Below, one piece after another: positions 55,300 to 64,000 of a stretch of 64,000 bases of DNA. The first letter of the stretch is position 1; each line of letters begins with the position of its first letter. Source of the DNA: Harriotta raleighana. Lineage: Eukaryota. Made by a program: the position numbers and the translations under genes. The stretch spans positions 5,459,603-5,523,602 of the forward strand of contig JBNZDD010013715.1 in the NCBI GenBank assembly GCA_050575255.1. Direction: 5' to 3'. The notes beneath the pieces are model-generated. The model was not told where the DNA came from, searched no databases, and saw nothing but the letters and a program-made list of their open reading frames with translations.

Positions 55300-55620
55300 T
55301 ACTGCAGATGCTGGAAATCTGAAACAAAAACAGAAATCACTGGGAACACTCAATCGGTCAGGCAGCATCTATGGAGAAAGGGAAGTTTATCAACATTTCG
55401 TGTCCACAACCCTTTGTCAGAACTGGGGCATGATGGGAGGAACAGGCTTTTAAGAACTAACAGAGAGGGGGGAGGCAGGACAAGGAAGACAAAGGAGAAG
55501 ATGGGGTAGAGGACAGGAGATGATGGGTTAAAGTGGTGTTAATAATGTAAAACAAAGAGGGGGTGATATTGCAAAAGAACAGGCAGATGGTCACAGGGAG
55601 AGGGAGAGGGAAGGTGAGCT
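55300..55620. mobile_element. Penelope-like fragment
   Basis: Same sequence as 8375-8512 followed by purine-rich segment. Confidence 0.55.
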
Positions 55621-55669
55621 GTTATGGCCTACATTTATTTAAATCAATGATTGAGGTTAGAGACCTGAG

Positions 55670-55882
55670 GAAAATAATAATCCCTCCAAAAAAACCACAA
55701 TAATAAAATTGGTCATTTCAATCCATGACTGTTTGTGGGACACTGCTGTGCGCAATTGGCTGCCGCATTCTTCCCACAAATATACAGTCAATTCACTTTA
55801 CAGAATATTCTGTGAAGCGCTTTGGGACATCGATAAGATGTGAAAAGCGCTATATCAAATGCAAGGATTATTATTATTATTA
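55670..55882 (+). mobile_element. 5'-truncated SINE, near consensus
   Basis: Body and tail intact. Confidence 0.85.
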
Positions 55883-58519
55883 AAACCATGCAAAACTAAG
55901 GAACACCGCATGAACAATAACCACAGTTATTATTAAAGAGTAATTCTTAATAATCCTTACAAAAGCATGTGATAGCCAAATGGGAATATGATAGTTACGT
56001 AAGTGAAATTGATTTCAATAATTTCAAGCCATAACAGTTCATCTTCACCCACCCACTCTTCTGTGACCATCTGGTCTACCTGTTCTTTTGCAATTTCATC
56101 CCTCTTTGTTTTACGTTATTAATAACCGTTCTGTCCAGTTTTGTTGCAATTAATGAGAAGAAAAACCATTAGCAGAGATGTAGTGCTGAATGATGGAGGG
56201 TTAGCAAAATATGTTCCAGAGCTTTTGCAAGGAAGGGCAGGTTTGAGATAGGGTGGTAGTGACTGCGCTTGGAGGGATTGAGCATAGGTGTTTCAAGGAA
56301 TGGGTTGACGACAGTGGTTTTGAGGGTTTGTGGGACTGACCCTGAGGAGATGAACTGGTTAATGGTGTCTGCCAGCAGTGGACAGAGGAGGGGGAGCTCA
56401 GTGATCAACAATTGCGTAGGGAGGCGGACAAGGCAGCAGGTGGTAGGTTTAATTGTGGTGATGAGATGGAGGAAGAAGAGATGGGAGAGAAATAATGTAG
56501 AATGGGGGCTGTGGTAGGAGCTGAGAGCAGGGTGGGTAAGGGAGATGCGATGGAGGTGATGGCGGTTGTCACAAAGCAGAAGGATGAAACTGCCAGGTGC
56601 GTTATTTTGTGTGGTGTTACAGAATTAAATTTGAATGGTTGGTATAGCCACAGACCAGCCATTTGATCTTTGCTTTGACACAACAATCTAGTGCAATGGT
56701 TTCAAAACATGATTTAAAGAGTGTTAGTAATTGTGTTTTTTTTCATGTGTGGCTTAGAGAGCTATTAGATAATCAAAATCATAAAGAACCGAAATCACTA
56801 AATCATTTAAAGGAAACATAAAATACAATCAATAACAATAAGGCAACACCGTATCTATGAATTGCTCATTTAAGAACCATAAAGTGATTGAATGAATGTG
56901 AATAAAAGAGTAAGTTGCAAAGCGGTTGGCTCTTTGCTGGCAGAGTTCGATAAATCACAGAGGTATTCCTGGTCACAGGCATCTAATCCTTTCTTGACAT
57001 CACTCTGACTGAATGGGAAGTGCTTTTGACAACAATAATTGTACATCAGTGAAGAGTTAAAAAAGCAATTGATCCCTCACATCTCAGACACCAGTATTAT
57101 TATTGGCATTAAAATAGACTTATTTGTGTCTGCATGTATGCAGTTGTTCTTTTTCATAGCTAACAACATTCACATGCCATTGCACACTAATTCCCTTTCT
57201 TCTTGAATGTCCTGTGGAGCTAATTGAATGTTCACTGCTGCCTGCAAGATGTAAATGACTTGTGGGTCTTATGCCTTTCTGAATATATTCACGGTTTGCT
57301 TATCACCAAGTGGCAGCATTCAGACGTTGTTAACAGGTAGTAGTCTTCTTTTATTAGCTGAAGTTACTATCCAGTTCAAAGATGTTATCTGCACCTTCTA
57401 ATGCAAATTGAATACAAAGAAAGGGTGTATGTATATATGTGGGGGTGAGGTGGGTGGGAGGGGGGGGTGGGGGTGTGGGGGGAGTCATAATATATACCAG
57501 TATTTAGGATCAAAACGTTTAAGCAGCAGAAATTGTCCTGCTGTTGAAGATCCTTTCCAATAACTTTGAAAGGATAGAGTTAGAAGGTTCCATTGCCATC
57601 AAGTCAATTTGCCAAGCAAATGCAATCTTTGCAGTACACATTTTGCAGTACAAACTTTACAGTAAATCGTATGAAGTATATTAAGATATCCTCTTGATGT
57701 GAAAGTGCTACTTTAAATGTAAGGATTGTTATGATAATTTAATTATTTCCTCAGTATCTCCAGAATGCTACATAAATAGAGTAAATCTGGACTCGGGTAG
57801 AATTTCTCTCTAATCCATGTCCTCTGACTGGTCTAATTTATAAGAATTAAAATAAGTTCTTAACAATAATATTATAATCATAATCTTTCCATTGTAGTCC
57901 CTATAAATATTGATATCCCTCAACGTTCTTCACATGTATTTGCTGTGAAATGTTACTGTGCGTTTGTAAGTAATCACAACGGCAAATTTATACACAGCAA
58001 TGTACCAAGACAGCCATGAAGTGAATGCTTCATTTATCTGGAGGAACAATTCTTTTCTCAATTTGAAGAGTGTCATGGAGTCTATAACTTGCACTTTAAT
58101 AAGCAGACAGAAACTCTCATCTGAAGGAAGGCACCTTTGACAATGTAATGTATCTCTAATACATTATATGCATGTCAGTCTAAACTGTGAGGTTGATTCA
58201 GAATGCAGAGATATTTATCACAACCTTCCAACTTAGAGGCAAGAGTGATAACAAATCATGCTGTCAGGTGTCTGAAGGTAGTCACATGGAATATTCATGT
58301 CTATCTTGCTCTAAAATTAACAATCTTTGTGTTGCATTTTTAAAGAGGGATTGATCACTATAATATTTAATTATTCAGAGATCAGGATAACATGAATCCC
58401 ATTGATTTTCAATAATTAAAGGTGGAGAGGGAAGTAGCCTTATACCATTGACAGATGAAAATCTCTATGAATATTACAGTTATTTCACCTGACTAAGGAG
58501 CATTATTTCACCTGACTTT

Positions 58520-58820
58520 GTGGAGTCCTGTGACTCAGTGGTTAGAGGACCTTGTAAGCGAGAGATTTGGATTTGATTTCAGGCAGGACAAAACCTTGGG
58601 CAAGTTTCCTTCCTCAACATGACTGATAATAATCCCTCAAAAAAAACAAGAAATTAGTTATTTCAATCCACAACTGTTTGTGGCACACTGCTATGCGCAA
58701 TTGGCTGCCGAGTTTCACCCACAATTATAGTCAATTCACTATATAGTATATTCGGTGAAGTGCTTTGAGACATCTGAAAGACATGAAATGCGCTATATAA
58801 AATGAAAGGATTATTATTAT
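58520..58820 (+). mobile_element. SINE
   Basis: TGGAGTCCTGTGACTCAGTGGTTAGAG head to tail. Confidence 0.85.
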
Positions 58821-61800
58821 GACTAAATTAGACGATTAGATAATAGTAAATATTAATTACTAGATATATAACAGAAGCTGCCCATCATAATCAACTGAGG
58901 AAACCAAGCCTCCCTTATTCTATTTCTATAAACATTCATGATGACAAACCAACCCTTTTGAGGCCAGTCCTTTGTCTAGCTTCAGAAAGGGTCGGGACAT
59001 TATAGACAGGAGTCTCTACTGGTAACCACAATGGCTTTCACTTGTCTTCTGTTTGGGTAACAATACAAGATCACCAAATTGGTCAGGATAAAGAAGGCCC
59101 TTTGGTTTATTGAATCTCATCTACCCACTCTACCGTTCTCCCTTCATTGCACCAAGTAACTTTTCTGGTAACATGTTCCAATCATTGATTACCCTCCGAG
59201 TAAAAAAAATTCTTAGTATCTGTCCTGAAATTACAACTTACAACTCTAAACCTTTATGTCCTCTTGCTCCGTTGTTTTGTTGTGTCCAAAAGTATTGATC
59301 TCGATTTACTTTCTCAATCCTATTTAAAGTCTTATGCACTGTTATGAAAATCTTTCTGAGTTATTGTAAACTCTATTTTGGGGAGGGTCACTCTGCTGTA
59401 TGGCACATGCAGAAATCTATCACCATGCTTAAGAGTATCCAAATTAAACTGAAGTATACAGACATCCCCCACCCATACAAGAAAATTCTGATGTATTGGA
59501 ATTTGTATCTCTCCTTGGAGGGACGCATCCTGCTTACCTAATTCTGGAAAGTATTAGGCTGGCAAGAGCCAAAGCTTGGGGACCCCATAGTGTGTGTTGG
59601 GGTACTGCTGGAGACCAAAGAAGTAAAACTCCATAACTTGCCCTTAAAAGCTGAACTCTTCAAAAGCTGTTGAGGAGACCCTAATGTGTTTATATGGTTT
59701 ACACCTGCGGCATATAATGCATTTTGTTACGAACCACAGAGCCATGAAAAATTTCACAACTGATTTTAAGAACCAATTTTGAAAATAAGCCATCCATCTA
59801 CCCTATTAATGGGAGGTGATTTCAATCATAAATGTAATGGATCAGGTTATTTTGTTGTAACTGGGCAATTTATGAAGAGAGACAACATTGGACTTGTTTT
59901 CATTGGAGAAAGGAAGATTGAGTAGCAATATCATGCAGATTTTTAACCTGCTGAGAGGAATGAGTAATACAGATGTATAGACTAAGTGTAGAACTGAAGT
60001 ACATGAATACAAAATTAACAAGCCTCAAGCAAGATGTGGGATTGAATATATCATTTTCCCGCAGATAGTACATAGCTGAAACAGATTCCAAGTAAAGGCA
60101 TTCAATATGATGTTGATTAATTACTTTTAAAAAAACAAATAAATATTTGTTTAGGAGTGGAATTGTGAATTCTAAGACTATATTCAGGTAGCAATGATTA
60201 AAGGCTTTGTGCAAAATGATGGTTCCTGGGCTCCAAGGAGGCAAACGGGTAGAAATATATAATATAGTTTGCAAAAATTATTCTGCAGTTTTGCTCGTCT
60301 TATTTTATAGAAGAGGTAGGAATTTTGCAGATCTTTCATGTTAACAAATGTAGATCAGAGATTAGGAGGAACATCTTTACACAGAGGGTGAGGAGAATGT
60401 GGAATTCACTATCGGAATCATGGTTGAAACGGAAAGCATCAACAACAACAAAATCAACAACAATATTTCGGTTTTAGCGCATCTTTCACATCAGGAGGAC
60501 ATTCCAATGGGAGGACATCCCATTGCATTCAAGAGAAAAGTTGATGCATAAATAAGGGAAGGGAATGAAGGGATATGTTGATTGTTCAGGAAGATGGAAT
60601 TCGGATGTGGAGGGTAAACACCAGCATAGATCAGTTAAAAACCAGCATTGGTTGGGCAAAATGGCCTGATTTGGAGCTGTAGGTGTTATATAAATATGAG
60701 TTGTGTGCAATATGTAACAGAGAAGATTACAAGTGGTAATCTTGTAATCTTCTCTTTAAAAGATTCTTCTAGATCATGGATTTTCAAACTGGTGAGCCTG
60801 AAAAGGTTACAAGATAAGGATTTTCTTGTTTTATAAGAATTTTGCCAAATGTAGAGAAGCCAAGGGAAAGGGAGAAAAAAATACAGATTTGTCGCTTCAA
60901 ATATCTGTTGTTTACAAGCTGAGGACAAGAGAACAAGGGGGAGACAAATGTGTGTGTTCTGAGAAGCATGCAAACATGGTATGTTCTAGATGGATAGTGG
61001 CGTAGATGGGACGTTAATGTTCAAATGGGACACTTCACAAAACGGTTGGGAACCGTTGCTCTAGAATTAGATTGACAGTCCAGTATAGAGCTGTACTATG
61101 CTACATTGTTTGAAATGCTGCCTTCGGATGAGTTGTTAAATCAAGGTCCTGTCTGCCTATTCATGTGGATTTGAAGGTCCCATGGCACAATTTGAAAAGG
61201 GAGATTTTCCCAGTATCCTGGTCAATAATACCCCCAAATAAAATTGATCATTCACTTCATAGCTATTTAAGGGTCATTGCTGTATGCAAATGGGCTGTTG
61301 CATTCACTTACAAAATTCAAAGGCATTCTACTTTAAAGTGTATCTTGTAAAATATTTTAAGACATCCTCCTCATACAAGGATTATCATTATTTTATTTTC
61401 CTGTTCTATTATTTACATTATTCACATTACAGTGATTGTAAATGTTAGGATTGCTTTCAGTACTACCATTTATAATGTTCACCCAATGTTTTGAAATATT
61501 ATAACTATTATAACCAGTAATCTATGACCATAAAAACATTCATGAGGCATTTCCAAAACAATGGTCAAAAACTCAATGAAACGTGAAACTGATCTCAGAC
61601 GAAAAGTAAAGTTAGTCTGCTCAGCTACTGCTCTTTAAACCAAGTCTTGTCTGCCTATTCAGGTGGACATTAAAGATCCTACAACACTAATCAAAATGAG
61701 AATGGAGTTTCTCCCGATGACCAAAGAATCCCTAAATAAAATTGATCATTCACTCCATGGCTGTTTCTGGGCCACCGCTGTACACAAAAGACAGACACTC

Positions 61801-62074
61801 CACTTTACAGTGAAGTGCTTTGAAACGTCTTGATGGCATGATAAAGCTCTATAGCAAATTTTAGGATTATTATTATTATGCCTGATGTGAGGAAGTACAG
61901 AGAGAAGGTGAGCGTAACACAATTGTGCTTAGTTGATTGAGCCCATTATGAAAATAACAAGAAAGAAATGTGTCAAAATGTAATGTAATCATTGGTGCAT
62001 CACAAGGAGAACTAGTACGGACAATGTATTTTACTTAGAGATTATGGGCGAGATTGTCTGCTTCTCAATAAGAC

Positions 62075-62470
62075 CCTTCTGCCTCTACCTTCAATTCTAG
62101 GACCACTGCTGTACTGACAGACTGCCTGTTAGACATCACGTCTTGGATGAAAGTTAACTTTCCACAATTGAATCTCAACAAGACCTAGGCCATCCGGATT
62201 GGCTCGAACCAGAGCCTTCACATGTCAGGCACTGGTAACATCAACTTCCATGGTTGCACACTCAACCTCACCAGAACTCTGCAGCCCATGTCCTCTGCCG
62301 CTCCAAGCTTCGTGATCCCATCTACCCTATTCTCGCCCAACGCTATTGGCTCCTCATCACCCAGAGGATTCAATTCAAGATCTTGGCCTCACATGCAAAG
62401 CCCTCCATGACTTCGCCCCATCCTACCTCTGCGAGCTCCTACCCCCTACCCATCTGCCTCCTCCTTCTGC
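62075..62470 (+). mobile_element. L2 fragment with internal deletion
   Basis: QNSAAHVLCRSKLRDPIYPILAQRYWLLITQRIQFKI. Confidence 0.75.
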
Positions 62471-63334
62471 TCAGCTAGTTTAGGGCAGGGCTGCTGTAAC
62501 TGCAGTCTGTCAGTAGCCCACCTCATTCAATATTCCAATATGTTTCTTTCTTTTATTGTATCTTGTCTATCTGCCACTCTTTTACACAGCTTGATTTTAT
62601 TTGAATTGCATTTCTTCACAGCAAGAGTCACAAAGAATAATCGGTGTAATATAATGTATATGTTTGCATGTTAAATTACTCATTCCTATACACTCACACT
62701 GAAAAAAAATCAATATTGGCTTCTCACTAAAGACTAGCTTTAATTACAATACAGCTATAGCTCTCTGACAAATTGAAAAGCTCAGTATCTGTGCGTCAGT
62801 CATACTTTTCTGTTTCCATCATTGCTGCACAAACAGTTAGAATGCATTATTTATGAGTGCTCTTGGCAAGGTTAGTATATTATTCAGTAAGGACGCACTC
62901 CCAATATATCTGTCAGTAAATGGAGAAAAATAACCAGTAAATTGTGCATAGAAGAATATTATCCGGACTTTTAGCCTTGCCACACATCAGGAAGAATGCA
63001 CACAGTTAAATGTGATATCTAGAATTACTCAGTCTGCATCTTCTTAGCTCACTGAAGTTTTCCATAGTCTTTCCGTTTTGAAAGAGGCACAGGAAATGCA
63101 TTGTAAATAATAACTGGCAAGAACAACAACAACAAAATTACATTTGTATAGAAATTACATTCACGTTTCTAACAGCAAAATTATTCCAAAATTTTGCAGG
63201 ACCATATTTTGTTAAAACACATACCGAGTTCTTACTTTTTTCAATCATTATCTGTTCCTGATTAAGGGTAAGGTTCAGAGCAGTGTTATTTTTCTATTTA
63301 AATTGCATCTTTTCTAACACATTTAAACCAGGTG

Positions 63335-64000
63335 ACTTGCTCCTCCTTGTTCTACCCACCGCCTTTGACACCATAGACCACTCAATCCTCCTCCACTGCC
63401 TCTCCTCCCTCCGCAACCTTCAAGGCGTTCCCCAGGGCTCTATTGTTGGACCTCTGCTCTTCACCCTCTCCATGCTCCCCCTCGGTGACATCATCCATAG
63501 ACATGGGGTAAATTTCCACATGTATGTGGATGACACCCAACTCTACCTTATCCACATTTGACTCCAGGACTACTGGAGTTCTGACTGCATGTCTGTCTGA
63601 TATTGATTCCTGGACGAGGGACAACTTCCTCCAACTAAACGTCAACAAGACGGAGGCCCTCCTGATTGGCTCAAGTCAGCGCCTCCACACCTCAGGTGCT
63701 GGCAACATCATCATTCAAGGCTGCTCTCTCCACCTCTCAAAGCCAGCCAGGAATCTGGTTGTCATATTCGACCCCGAACTGTCCTTCCTCCTCCAAATCC
63801 GTGCCATGACCGGTACAGCTTTCCACCACCTCCGCAACATTGCCAGACTCTGCCACTACCTCACCCCCCATGCTGCCAAAACACTCATTCACATATTCAT
63901 CACCTCCAGACTCGACTATGGGAACTCTCTCCCTGTTGGCCTTCCCAGCACCTCCCTTCACAAACTGCAGATTATTCAGAACTCTGCAGCTTGTGTACTC
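63335..64000 (+). mobile_element. L2 LINE RT region, runs off window
   Basis: [11 protein letters not shown]...[41 protein letters not shown] with frameshifts. Confidence 0.9.

Noticed and set aside
57440-57483. G-run tract able to form a G-quadruplex
   Set aside because: Isolated low-complexity sequence far from any visible gene feature

Overview
AT-rich vertebrate genomic DNA, most likely from a cartilaginous fish (repeat content is chimaera/shark-like; species not determinable here), from a draft assembly with N gaps and single-N overlap duplications. Bases ~3.8-22.3 kb hold the 3' half of GRIA2 (AMPA receptor GluA2) on the + strand. Visible are exons 7-13 with GT-AG borders and mammal-like sizes (168/105/111/207/371/199/248 nt), the start of the M4 exon, the GluA2-long C-terminal exon and a conserved proximal 3'UTR. 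Both ADAR substrates are intact: the Q/R site (genomic CAG, A9318) with its intronic ECS and stems, and the R/G hairpin (A17918). The flop and flip exons and the short-tail end are not visible and presumably fall in three N gaps. The remaining ~42 kb has no recognisable host gene; it contains tRNA-headed Deu-like SINEs, L2/CR1/Tx1/Penelope fragments, Tigger-like DNA elements and a solo LTR. The best novel leads are two unannotated-looking exon candidates in the repeat-free splicing/editing region: a 43-nt hairpin-masked microexon with flip/flop phase (18633-18675), and a stop-free segment with a phase-0 donor in frame with the long tail (21022-21096). Most ORFs in the supplied track are spurious or decayed retroelements. 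Exon numbers follow mammalian convention; repeat boundaries are approximate.
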